This document shows positions 42,001 through 56,039 of a DNA stretch of 64,000 nucleotides, one piece after another. The translations under genes were made by a program, and so were the position numbers. Source of the DNA: Eledone cirrhosa (Eukaryota); the NCBI GenBank assembly GCA_964016885.1, contig OZ024741.1:414408001-414472000 (forward strand), in the 5' to 3' direction. A model generated the notes under the pieces. It searched no databases, was not told the origin of the DNA, and was given only the letters and a program-made list of their open reading frames with translations. Numbering within the stretch: position 1 is the stretch's first letter; each line of letters starts with the position of its first letter.

Positions 42001-45000
42001 CAATATTTCAATACTAACCTTTAACCCCTCAACCCTGCTAACCCAATGTTTCAATACTAACCTTTAACTCCTCAACCCTGCTAACCCAATATTTCAGTAC
42101 TAACCTTTAACCCCTCAACCCTGCTAACCCAAGATTTCAGTACTGACCTTTAACCCCTCAACCCTGCTAACCCAATATTTCAGTACTAACCTTTAACCCC
42201 TCAACCCTGCTAACCCAATATTTCAGTACTGACCTTTAACCCCTCAACCCTGCCAACCCAATATTTCAGTACTAACCTTTAACTCCTCAACCCTGCTAAC
42301 CCAATATTTCAGTACTAACCTTTAACCCCTCAACCCTGCTAACCCAATATTTCAATACTAACCTTTAACCCCTCAACCCTGCTAACCCAATATTTCAGTA
42401 CTGACCTTTAACCCCTCAACCCTGCTAACCCAATATTTCAATACTAATCTTTAACCCCTCAACCCTGCTAACCCAATATTTCAATACTAACCTTTAAATC
42501 CTCAACCCTGCTAACCCAATATTACAATACTAACCTTTAACCCCTCAACCCTGCTAACCCAATATTTCAGTACTGACCTTTAACCCCTCAACCCTGCTAA
42601 CCCAATATTTCAATACTAACCATTAACCCTGCTAACCCAATATTTCAGTACTGACCTTTAACCCCTTAATGCTGCTAACCCAATATTACAATACTAACCT
42701 TTAACCCCTCAACCCTGCTAACCCAATATTTTAATACTAACCTTTCACCCTTCACCCCTGCTAACCCAATATTTCAGTACTGACCTTTAACCCCTCAACC
42801 CTGCTAACCCAATATTTCAGTACTGACCTTTAACCCCCCAACCCTGCTAACCCAATATTACAATACTAACCTTTAACCCTGCTAACCCAATATTTCAATA
42901 CTAACCTTTAACCCCTCAACCCTGCTAACCCAATATTTCAGTACTAACCTTTAACACCTCAACCCTGCCAATGCAATATTTCAATACTAACCTTTAACCC
43001 CTCAACCCTGCTAACCCAATATTACAATACTAACCTTTAACGCCTCAACCCTGCCAACGCAATATTTCAATACTAACCTTTAACCCCTCAACCCTGCTAA
43101 CCCAATATTACAATACTAACCTTTAACGCCTCAACCCTGCCAACGCAATATTTCAATACTAACCTTTAACCCCTCAACCCTGCTAACCCAATATTACAAT
43201 ACTAACCTTTAACCCCTCAACACTGCTAACCCAATATTTCAGTACTGACCTTTAACCCCTCAACCCTGCTAACCCAATATTTCAGTACTGACCTTTAACC
43301 CCTCAACCCTGCTAACCCAATATTTCAGTACTGACCTTTAACCCCTCAACCCTGCTAACCCAATATTACAATACTAACCTTTAACCCCTCAACCCTGCTA
43401 ACCCAATATTACAATACTAACCTTTAACCCCTCAACCTTTCTAACCCAATATCTCAGTACTGACCTTTAACCCCTCAACCCTGCTAACCCAATATTTCAG
43501 TACTAACCTTTAACCCCTCAACCCTGCTAACCCAATAGTACAATACTAACCTTTAACCCCTCAACCCTGCTAACCCAATATTTCAATACTAACCTTTAAC
43601 TCCTCAACCCTGCTAACCCAATATTTCAGTGCTGACCTTTAACCCCTAAACCCTGCTAACCCAATATTTCAGTACTAACCTTTAACCCCTCAACCCTGCT
43701 AACCCAATATTTCAGTACTGACCTTTAACCCCTCAACCCTGCTAACCCAATATTTCAGTACTGACCTTTAACCCCTCAACCCTGCTAACCCAATATTTCA
43801 GTACTGACCTTTAACCCCTCAACCCTGCTAACCCAATATTTCAGTACTGACCTTTAACCCCTCAACCCTGCTAACCCAATATTTCAGTACTGACCTTTAA
43901 CCCCTCAACCCTGCTAACCCAATATTTCAGTACTGACCTTTAACCCCTCAACCCTGCTAACCCAATATTTCAGTACTGACCTTTAACCCCTCAACCCTGC
44001 TAACCCAATATTTCAGTACTGACCTTTAACCCCTCAACCCTGCTAACCCAATATTTCAGTACTGACCTTTAACCCCTCAACGCTGCTAACCCAATATTTC
44101 AATACTAACCTTTAACTCCTCAACCCTGCTAACCCAATATTTCAGTAATGACCTTTAATCCCTCAAACCTGCAAACCCAATATTTCAGTACTAACCTTTA
44201 ACCTCTCAACCCTGCTAACCCAAGATTTCAGTAATGACCTTTAATCCCTCAAACCTGCAAACCCAATATTTCAGTACTAACCTTTAACCCCTCAACCCTG
44301 CTAACCCAATATTTCAGTACTGACCTTTAACCCCTCAACCCTGCTAACCCAATATTTCAGTACTGACCTTTAACCCCTCAACCCTGCTAACCCAATATTT
44401 CAATACTGACCTTTAACCCCTCAACCCTGCTAACCCAATATTTCAGTACTGACTTTAACCCCTCAACCCTGCTAACCCAATATTTCAATACTGACCTTTA
44501 ACCCCTCAACCCTGCTAACCCAATATTTCAGTACTGACTTTAACCCCTCAACCCTGCTAACCCAATATTTCAATACTGACCTTTAACCCCTCAACCCTGC
44601 TAACCCAATATTTCAGTACTGACTTTAACCCCTCAACCCTGCTAACCCAATATTTCAGTACTGACCTTTAACCCCTCAACCCTGCTAACCCAATATTTCA
44701 ATACTAACCTTTAACTCCTCAACCCTGCTAACCCAATATTTCAGTACTAACCTTTAACCCCTCAACCCTGCTAACCCAATATTTCAGTACTGACCTTTAA
44801 CCCCTCAACCCTGCTAACCCAATATTTCAGTACTAACCTTTAACCCCTCAACCCTGCTAACCCAATATTTCAGTACTGACCTTTAACCCCTCAACCCTGC
44901 TAACCCAATATTTCAGTACTAACCTTTAACCCCTCAACCCTGCTAACCCAATATTTCAGTACTAACCTTTAACCCCTCAACCCTGCTAACCCAATATTTC

Positions 45001-47430
45001 AGTACTGACCTTTAACCCCTCAACCCTGCTAACCCAATATTTCAGTACTGACCTTTAACCCCTCAACCCTGCTAACCCAATATTTCAATACTAACCTTTA
45101 ACTCCTCAACCCTGCTAACCCAATATTTCAGTACTGACCTTTAACCCCTCAACCCTGCTAACCCAATATTTCAGTACTAACCTTTAACCCCTCAACCCTG
45201 CTAACCCAATATTTCAGTACTGACCTTTAACCCCACAACCCTGCTAACCCAATATTTCAGTACTGACCTTTAACCCCTCAACCCTGCTAACCCAATATTT
45301 CAGTACTAACCTTTAACCCCTCAACCCTGCTAACCCAATATTTCAGTACTGACCTTTAACCCCTCAACCCTGCTAACCCAATATTTCAATACTGACCTTT
45401 AACCCCTCAACCCTGCTAACCCAATATTTCAGTACTGACCTTTAACCCCTCAACCCTGCTAACCCAATATTTCAATACTAACCTTTAACCCCTCAACCCT
45501 GCTAACCCAATATTTCAGTACTGACCTTTAACCCCTCAACCCTGCTAACCCAATATTTCAATACTGACCTTTAACCCCTCAACCCTGCTAACCCAATATT
45601 TCAGTACTGACCTTTAACCCCTCAACCCTGCTAACCCAATATTTCAATACTAACCTTTAACCCCTCAACCCTGCTAACCCAATATTTCAGTACTGACCTT
45701 TAACCCCTCAACCCTGCTAACCCAATATTTCAATACTGACCTTTAACCCCTCAACCCTGCTAACCCAATATTTCAGTACTGACCTTTAACCCCTCAACCC
45801 TGCTAACCCAATATTTCAATACTAACCTTTAACCCCTCAACCCTGCTAACCCAATATTTCAATACTAACCTTTAACCCCTCAACCCTGCTAACCCAATAT
45901 TTCAGTACTGACCTTTAACCCCTCAACCCTGCTAACCCAATATTTCAATACTAACCTTTACCTCCTCAACCCTGCTAACCCAATATTTCAGTACTGACCT
46001 TTAACCCCTCAACCCTGCTAACCCAATATTTCAGTACTAACCTTTAAACCCTCAACCCTGCTAACCCAATATTTCAATACTAACCTTTAACTCCTCAACC
46101 CTGCTAACCCAATATTTCAGTACTGACCTTTAACCCCTCAACCCTGCTAACCCAATATTTCAGTACTAACCTTTAAACCCTCAACCCTGCTAACCCAATA
46201 TTTCAATACTAACCTTTAACTCCTCAACCCTGCTAACCCAATATTTCAGTACTGACCTTTAACCCCTCAACCCTGCTAACCCAATATTTCAGTACTAACC
46301 TTTAACCCCACAACCCTGCTAACCCAATATTTCAGTACTGACCTTTAACCCCTCAACCCTGCTAACCCAATATTTCAGTACTGACCTTTAACCCCTCAAC
46401 CCTGCTAACCCAATATATCAGTACTAACCTTTAACCCCTCAACCCTGCTAACCCAATATTTCAGTACTGACCTTTAACCCCTCAACCCTGCTAACCCAAT
46501 ATTTCAATACTAACCTTTAACCCCTCAACCCTGCTAACCCAATGTTTCAATACTAACCTTTAACTCCTCAACCCTGCTAACCCAATATTTCAGTACTAAC
46601 CTTTAACCCCTCAACCCTGCTAACCCAAGATTTCAGTACTGACCTTTAACCCCTCAACCCTGCTAACCCAATATTTCAGTACTAACCTTTAACCCCTCAA
46701 CCCTGCTAACCCAATATTTCAGTACTGACCTTTAACCCCTCAACCCTGCTAACCCAATATTTCAGTACTAACCTTTAACCCCTCAACCCTGCTAACCCAA
46801 TATATCAGTACTAACCTTTAACCCCTCAACCCTGCTAACCCAATATTTCAGTACTGACCTTTAACCCCTCAACCCTGCTAACCCAATATTTCAGTACTAA
46901 CCTTTAACTCCTCAACCCTGCTAACCCAATATTTCAATACTAATCTTTAACCCCTCAACCCTGCTAACCCAATATTTCAATACTAACCTTTAAATCCTCA
47001 ACCCTGCTAACCCAATATTACAATACTAACCTTTAACCCCTCAACCCTGCTAACCCAATATTTCAGTACTGACCTTTAACCCCTCAACCCTGCTAACCCA
47101 ATATTTCAATACTAACCATTAACCCTGCTAACCCAATATTTCAGTACTGACCTTTAACCCCTTAACGCTGCTAACCCAATATTACAATACTAACCTTTAA
47201 CCCCTCAACCCTGCTAACCCAATATTTTAATACTAACCTTTCACCCTTCACCCCTGCTAACCCAATATTTCAGTACTGACCTTTAACCCCTCAACCCTGC
47301 TAACCCAATATTTCAGTACTGACCTTTAACCCCCCAACCCTGCTAACCCAATATTACGATACTAACCTTTAACCCTGCTAACCCAATATTTCAATACTAA
47401 CCTTTAACCCCTCAACCCTGCTAACCCAAT
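39100..47430 (+). repeat. Imperfect tandem duplication, offset 3854 bp growing to 4496 bp (90 to 105 monomers minus indels)
   Basis: ACCTTTCTAA is at 39581/43435 (90x43-16). The deletion monomer CATTAACCCTGCT is at 42621/47117 (105x43-19, matching two 8-bp and three 1-bp deletions in between). Boundaries are approximate. Confidence 0.85.
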
Positions 47431-50039
47431 ATTTCAGTACTGACCTTTAACCCCTCAACCCTGCTAACCCAATATTTCAATACTAACCTTTAACCCCTCA
47501 ACCCTGCTAACCCAATATTACAATACTAACCTTTAACCCTTCAACACTGCTAACCCTATATTTCAATACTAACCTTTAACCCCTCAACCCTGCTAACCCA
47601 ATATTTCAGTACTGACCTTTAACCCCTCAACCCTGCTAACCCAATATTTCAGTACTGACCTTTAACCCCTCAACCCTGCTAACCCAATATTTCAATACTA
47701 ACCTTTAACCCTCAACCCTGCTAACCCAATATTTCAATACTGACCTTTAACCCCTCAACCCTGCTAACCCAATATTTCAGTACTCACCTTTAACCCCTCA
47801 ACCCTGCTAACCCAATATTTCAATACTAACCTTTAACCCCTCAACCCTGCTAACCCAATATTTCAATACTGACCTTTAACCCCTCAACCCTGCTAACCCA
47901 AGATTTCAGTACTGACCTTTAACCCCTCAACCCTGCTAACCCAATATTTCAATACTGACCTTTAACCCCTCAACCCTGCTAACCTAATATTTCAATACTA
48001 ACCTTTATCTCATCAACCCTGCTAACCCAATATTTCAATACTAACCTTTAACCCCTCAACCCTGCTAACCCAATATTTCAATACTGACCTTTAACCCCTC
48101 AACCCTGCTAACCCAAGATTTCAGTACTGACCTTTAACCCCTCAACCCTGCTAACCCAATATTTCAATACTAGCCTTTAACCCCTCAACCCTACTAACCC
48201 AATATTTCAATACTAACCTTTAACCCCTCAAACCTGCTAACCCAATATTTCAGTACTGAACTTTAACCCCTCAACCCTGCTAACCCAATATTTCAGTACT
48301 GAACTTTAACCCCTCAACCCTGCTAACCCAATATTTCAGTACTAACCTTTAACCCCTCAAACCTGCTAACCAAATATTTCAAGACTGAACTTTAACCCCT
48401 CAACCCTGCTAACACAATATTTCAATACTAATCTTTAACCCCTCAACCCAGCTAACCCAATATTTCAGTACTGACCTTTAACCCCTCAACCCAGCTAACC
48501 CAATATTTCAGTACTGACCTTTAACCCCTCAACCCTGCTAACCCAAGATTTCAGTACTGACCTTTAACCCCTCAACCCTGCTAACCCAATATTTCAGTAC
48601 TAACCTTTAACCCCTCAACTCTGCTAACCCAATATTTAAGTACTGACCTTTGACCCCTCAACCCTGCTAACCCAATATTACAATACTAACCTTTAACACC
48701 TCAACCCTGCTAACCCAATATTACAATACTAACCTTTAACACCTCAACCCTGCTAACCCAATATTACAATACTAACCTTTAACCCCTCAACCCTGCTAAC
48801 CCAATATTACAATACTAACCTTTAACCCCTCAACCCTGCTAACCCAATATTTCAATACTGACCTTTAACACCTCAACCCTGCTAACCCAATATTACAATA
48901 CTGACCTTTAACCCCTCAACCCTGCTAACCCAATATTTCAATACTAACCTTTAACTCCTCAACCCAGCTAACCCAATATTTCAATACTAACCTTTAACCC
49001 CTCAACCCTGCTAACCCAATATTTCAATACTAACCTTTAACTCCTCAACCCAGCTAACCCAATATTACAGTACTAACCTTTAACCCCTCAACCCTGCTAA
49101 CCCAATATTTCAATACTAACCTTTAACTCCTCAACCCTGCTAACCCAATATTTCAGTACTGACCTTTAACCCCTCAACCCTGCTAACCCAATATTTCAGT
49201 ACTAACCTTTAACCCCTCAACCCTGCTAACCCAATATTTCAGTACTGACCTTTAACCCCTCAACGCTGCTAACCCAATATTTCAATACTAACCTTTAACT
49301 CCTCAACCCTACTAACCCAATATTTCAGTACTGACCTTTAACCCCTCAACCCTGCTAACCCAATATTTCAGTACTAAACTTTAACTCCTCAACCCTGCTA
49401 ACCCAATATTACAGTACTGACCTTTAACCCCTCAACCCTGCTAACCCAATATTTCAGTACTAACCTTTAACCCCTCAACCCTGCTAACCCAATATTTCAG
49501 TACTAACCTTTAACCCCTCAACCCTGCTAACCCAATATTTAAGTACTGACCTTTAACCCCTCAACCCTGCTAACCCAATATTTCAATACTAACCTTTACC
49601 TCCTCAACCCAGCTAACCCAATATTTCAATACTAACCTTTAACCCCTCAACCCTGCTAACCCAATATTACAATAATAACCTTTAACCCCTCAACCCTGCT
49701 AACCCAATATTTCAGTACTGACCTTTAACCCCTCAACCCTGCTAACCCAATATTTCAGTACTAACCTTTAACCCCTCAACCCTGCTAACCCAATATTTCA
49801 GTACTGACCTTTAACCCCTCAACCCTGCTAACCCAATATTTCAGTACTAACCTTTAACCCCTCAACCCTGCTAACCCAATATTTCAGTACTAACCTTTAA
49901 CCCCTCAACCCTGCTAACCCAATATTTCAATAATAACCTTTAACCCCTCAACCCTGCTAACCCAATATTTCAGTACTGACCTTTAACCCCTCAACCCTGC
50001 TAACCCAATATTACAATACTAACCTTTAACCCTTCAACC

Positions 50040-53000
50040 CTGCTAACCCAATATTTCAGTACTGACCTTTAACCCCTCAACCCTGCTAACCCAATATTTC
50101 AATACTAACCTTTAACCCCTCAACCCTGCTAACTCAATATTTCAGTACTGACCTTTAACCCCTCAACCCTGCTAACCCAATATTTCAGTACTGACCTTTA
50201 ACCACTCAACCCTGCTAACCCAATATTTCAGTACTGACCTTTAACCCCTCAACCCTGCTAACCCAATATTTCAATACTAACCTTTAACCCCTCAACTCTG
50301 CTAACCCAATATTTCAGTACTGACCTTTAACCCCTCAACCCTGCTAACCCAATATTTCAGTACTGACCTTTAACCCCTCAACCCTGCTAACCCAATATTT
50401 CAATACTAACCTTTAACCCCTCAACACTGCTAACCCAATATTTCAGTACTGACCTTTAACTCCTCAACCCTGCTAACCCAATATTTCAATACTAACCTTT
50501 AACCCCTCAACCCTGCTAACCCAATATTACAATACTAACCTTTAACCCCTCAACCCTGTTAACCCAATATTTCAGTACTGACCTTTAATCCCTCAACCCT
50601 GCTAACCCAATATTTCAGTACTTACCTTTAACCCTTGAACCCTGCTAACCCAATATTTCTGTACTGACCTTTAACCCCTCAACCCTGCTCACCCAATATT
50701 TCAGTACTGACCTTTAACCCCTCAACCCTGCTAACCCAATATTACAATACTAACCTTTAACCCCTCAACCCTGCTAACCCAATATTTCAGTACTGACCTT
50801 TAACCCCTCAACCCTGCTAACCCAATATTTCAGTACTGACCTTTAACCCCTCAACCCTGCTAACCCAATATTTCAGTACTGACCTTTAAGCCCTCAACCC
50901 TGCTAACCCAATATTACAATACTAACCTTTAACCCCTCAACCCTGCTAACACAATATTTCAGTACTGACCTTTAACCCCTCAACCCTGCTAAACCAATAT
51001 TTCAGTACTGACCTTTAACCCCTCAACCCTGCTAACCCAATATTTCAGTACTGACCTTTAACCCCTCAACCCTGCTAACCCAATATTTCAGTACTGACCT
51101 TTAAGCCCTCAACCCTGCTAACCCAATATTACAATACTAACCTTTAACACCTCAACCCTGCTAATCCAATATTTCAGTACTGACCTTTAACCCCTCAACC
51201 CTGCTAACCCAATATTTCAGTACTGACCTTTAACCCCTCAACCCTGCTAACCCAATATTTCAGTACTGACCTTTAACCCCTCAACCCTACTAACCCAATA
51301 TTTCAGTACTAACCTTTAACCCCTCAACCCTGCTAACCCAATATTTCAGTACTGACCTTTAACCCCTCAACTCTGCTAACCCAATATTTCAGTACTGACC
51401 TTTAACCCACCAACCCTGCTAACCCAATATTTCAGTACTGACCTTTAACCCCTCAACCCTGCTAACCCAATATTTTAGTACTGACCTTTAACCCACCAAC
51501 CCTGCTAACCCAATATTTCAGTACTGACCTTTAACCCCTCAACTCTGCTAACCCAATATTTCAGTACTGACCTTTAACCCACCAACCCTGCTAACCCAAT
51601 ATTTCAGTACTGACCTTTAACCCACCAACCCTGCTAACCCAATATTTCAGTACTGACCTTTAATCCCTCAACCCTGCTAACCCAATATTTTAGTACTGAC
51701 CTTTAACCCCTCAACCCTGCTAACCCAATATAACAATACTAACTTTAACACCTCAACCCTGCTAACCCAATATTTCAGTACTGACCTTTAACCCCTCAAC
51801 CCTGCTAACCCAATATTTCAGTACTGATCTTTAACCCCTCAACCCTGCTAACCCAATATTTCAGGACTGACCTTTAACCCCTCAATCCTGCTAACCCAAT
51901 ATTTCAGTACTGACCTTTAACCCCTCAACCCTGCTAACCCAATATTTCAGTACTGACCTTTAATCCCTCAACCCTGCTAACCCAATATTTCAGTACTGAC
52001 CTTTAACCCCTCAACCCTTCTAACCCAATATTTCAATACTAACCTTTAACCCCTCAACCCTTCTAACCCAATATTTTAGTACTAACCTTTAACCCCTCAA
52101 CCCTGCTAACCCAATATTTCAATACTAACCTTTAACCCCTCAACCCTGCTAACCCAATATTTCAATACTAACCGTTAACCCCTCAACCCTGCTAACCCAA
52201 TATTTCAATGCTGACCTTTAACCCCTCAAACCTGCTAACCCAAGATTTCAGTACTGACCTTTAACCCCTCAACCCTGCTAACCCAATATTTCAATACTAG
52301 CCTTTAACCCCTCAACCCTACTAACCCAATATTTCAATACTAACCTTTAACCCCTCAAACCTGCTAACCCAATATTTCAATACTAACCTTTAACCCCTCA
52401 ACCCTGCTAACCCAATATTTCGGTACTAACCTTTAACCCCTCAACCCTGCTAACCCAATATTTCAGTACTGACCTTTAACCCCTCAACCCTGCTAACCCA
52501 ATATTTCAATACTAACCTTTAACCCCTCAACCCTGCTAACTCAATATTTCAGTACTGACCTTTAACCCCTCAACCCTGCTAACCCAATATTTCAGTACTG
52601 ACCTTTAACCACTCAACCCTGCTAACCCAATATTTCAGTACTGACCTTTAACCCCTCAACCCTGCTAACCCAATATTTCAATACTAACCTTTAACCCCTC
52701 AACTCTGCTAACCCAATATTTCAGTACTGACCTTTAACCCCTCAACCCTGCTAACCCAATATTTCAGTACTGACCTTTAACCCCTCAACCCTGCTAACCC
52801 AATATTTCAATACTAACCTTTAACCCCTCAACACTGCTAACCCAATATTTCAGTACTGACCTTTAACTCCTCAACCCTGCTAACCCAATATTTCAATACT
52901 AACCTTTAACCCCTCAACCCTGCTAACCCAATATTACAATACTAACCTTTAACCCCTCAACCCTGCTAACCCAATATTTCAGTACTGACCTTTAATCCCT

Positions 53001-54760
53001 CAACCCTGCTAACCCAATATTTCAGTACTTACCTTTAACCCTTGAACCCTGCTAACCCAATATTTCTGTACTGACCTTTAACCCCTCAACCCTGCTCACC
53101 CAATATTTCAGTACTGACCTTTAACCCCTCAACCCTGCTAACCCAATATTACAATACTAACCTTTAACCCCTCAACCCTGCTAACCCAATATTTCAGTAC
53201 TGACCTTTAACCCCTCAACCCTGCTAACCCAATATTTCAGTACTGACCTTTAACCCCTCAACCCTGCTAACCCAATATTTCAGTACTGACCTTTAAGCCC
53301 TCAACCCTGCTAACCCAATATTACAATACTAACCTTTAACCCCTCAACCCTGCTAACCCAATATTTCAGTACTGACCTTTAACCCCTCAACCCTGCTAAA
53401 CCAATATTTCAGTACTGACCTTTAACCCCTCAACCCTGCTAACCCAATATTTCAGTACTGACCTTTAACCCCTCAACCCTGCTAACCCAATATTTCAGTA
53501 CTGACCTTTAAGCCCTCAACCCTGCTAACCCAATATTACAATACTAACCTTTAACACCTCAACCCTGCTAATCCAATATTTCAGTACTGACCTTTAACCC
53601 CTCAACCCTGCTAACCCAATATTTCAGTACTGACCTTTAACCCCTCAACTCTGCTAACCCAATATTTCAGTACTGACCTTTAACCCACCAACCCTGCTAA
53701 CCCAATATTTCAGTACTGACCTTTAACCCCTCAACCCTGCTAACCCAATATTTTAGTACTGACCTTTAACCCACCAACCCTGCTAACCCAATATTTCAGT
53801 ACTGACCTTTAACCCCTCAACTCTGCTAACCCAATATTTCAGTACTGACCTTTAACCCACCAACCCTGCTAACCCAATATTTCAGTACTGACCTTTAACC
53901 CACCAACCCTGCTAACCCAATATTTCAGTACTGACCTTTAATCCCTCAACCCTGCTAACCCAATATTTTAGTACTGACCTTTAACCCCTCAACCCTGCTA
54001 ACCCAATATAACAATACTAACTTTAACACCTCAACCCTGCTAACCCAATATTTCAGTACTGACCTTTAACCCCTCAACCCTGCTAACCCAATATTTCAGT
54101 ACTGATCTTTAACCCCTCAACCCTGCTAACCCAATATTTCAGGACTGACCTTTAACCCCTCAATCCTGCTAACCCAATATTTCAGTACTGACCTTTAACC
54201 CCTCAACCCTGCTAACCCAATATTTCAGTACTGACCTTTAATCCCTCAACCCTGCTAACCCAATATTTCAGTACTTACCTTTAACCCCTCAACCCTTCTA
54301 ACCCAATATTTCAATACTAACCTTTAACCCCTCAACCCTTCTAACCCAATATTTTAGTACTAACCTTTAACCCCTCAACCCTGCTAACCCAATATTTCAA
54401 TACTAACCTTTAACCCCTCAACCCTGCTAACCCAATATTTCAATACTAACCGTTAACCCCTCAACCCTGCTAACCCAATATTTCAATGCTGACCTTTAAC
54501 CCCTCAAACCTGCTAACCCAAGATTTCAGTACTGACCTTTAACCCCTCAACCCTGCTAACCCAATATTTCAATACTAGCCTTTAACCCCTCAACCCTACT
54601 AACCCAATATTTCAATACTAACCTTTAACCCCTCAAACCTGCTAACCCAATATTTCAATACTAACCTTTAACCCCTCAACCCTGCTAACCCAATATTTCG
54701 GTACTAACCTTTAACCCCTCAACCCTGCTAACCCAATATTTCAGTACTGACCTTTAACCC
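50040..54760 (+). repeat. Tandem duplication of a 53-56-monomer block (2407 bp shrinking to 2278 bp); a diverged third copy lies at about 61700-64000
   Basis: AACTCAATAT is at 50131/52538 (56x43-1). TCAGGACTGA is at 51861/54139 (53x43-1) and again at 63566. The CCCTTGAAC, TTTCTGTACT and GCTCACCC cluster is at about 50630, 53040 and 62210. Confidence 0.88.
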
Positions 54761-56039
54761 CTCAACCCTGCTAACCCAATATTTCAGTACTAACCTTTAA
54801 CCCCTCAACCCTGCTAACCCAATATTTCAGTACTAACCTTTAACCCCTCAACCCTGCTAACCCAATATTTCAATACTAACCTTTAACCCCTCAACCCGGC
54901 TAACACAATATTTCAATACTAATCTTTAACCCCTCAACCCAGCTAACCCAATATTTCAGTACTGACCTTTAACCCCTCAACCCAGCTAACCCAATATTTC
55001 AGTACTGACCTTTAACCCCTCAACCCTGCTAACCCAAGATTTCAGTACTGACCTTTAACCCCTCAACCCTGCTAACGCAATATTTCACTACTAACCTTTA
55101 ACCCCTCAACCCTGCTAACCCAATATTTAAGTACTGACCTTTAACCCCTCAACCCTGCTAACCCAATATTACAACACTAACCTTTAACACCTCAACCCTG
55201 CCAACGCAATATTTCAATACTAACCTTTAACCCCTCAACCCTTCTAACCCAATATTTCAGTACTGACCTTTAACCCCTACACCCTGCTAACCCAATATTT
55301 CAGTACTGACCTTTAACCCCTCAACCCTGCTAACCCAATATTACAATACTAACCTTTAACCCCTCAACCCTGCTAACCCAATATTACAATACTAACCTTT
55401 AACCCCTCAACCCTGCTAACCCAATATTTCAATACTAACCTTTAACTCCTCAACCCAGCTAACCCAATATTACAATACTAACCTTTAACCCCTCAACCCT
55501 GCTAACCCAATATTTCAATACTAACCTTTAACTCCTCAACCCTGCTAACCCAATATTTCAGTACTGACCTTTAACCCCTCAACCCTGCTAACCCAATATT
55601 TCAGTACTAACCTTTAACCCCTCAACCCTGCTAACCCAATATTTCAGTACTGACCTTTAACCCCTCAACGCTGCTAACCCAATATTTCAATACTAACCTT
55701 TAACTCCTCAACCCTGCTAACCCAATATTTCAGTACTGACCTTTAACCCCTCAACCCTGCTAACCCAATATTTCAGTACTAAACTTTAACCCCTCAACCC
55801 TGCTAACCCAATATTACAGTACTGACCTTTAACCCCTCAACCCTGCTAACCCAATATTTCAGTACTAACCTTTAACCCCTCAACCCTGCTAACCCAAGAT
55901 TTCAGTGCTGACCTTTAACCCCTCAACCCTGCTAACCCAATATTTCAGTACTAACCTTTAACCCCTCAACCCTGCTAACCCAATATTTAAGTACTGACCT
56001 TTAACCCCTCAACCCTGCTAACCCAATATTTCAATACTA

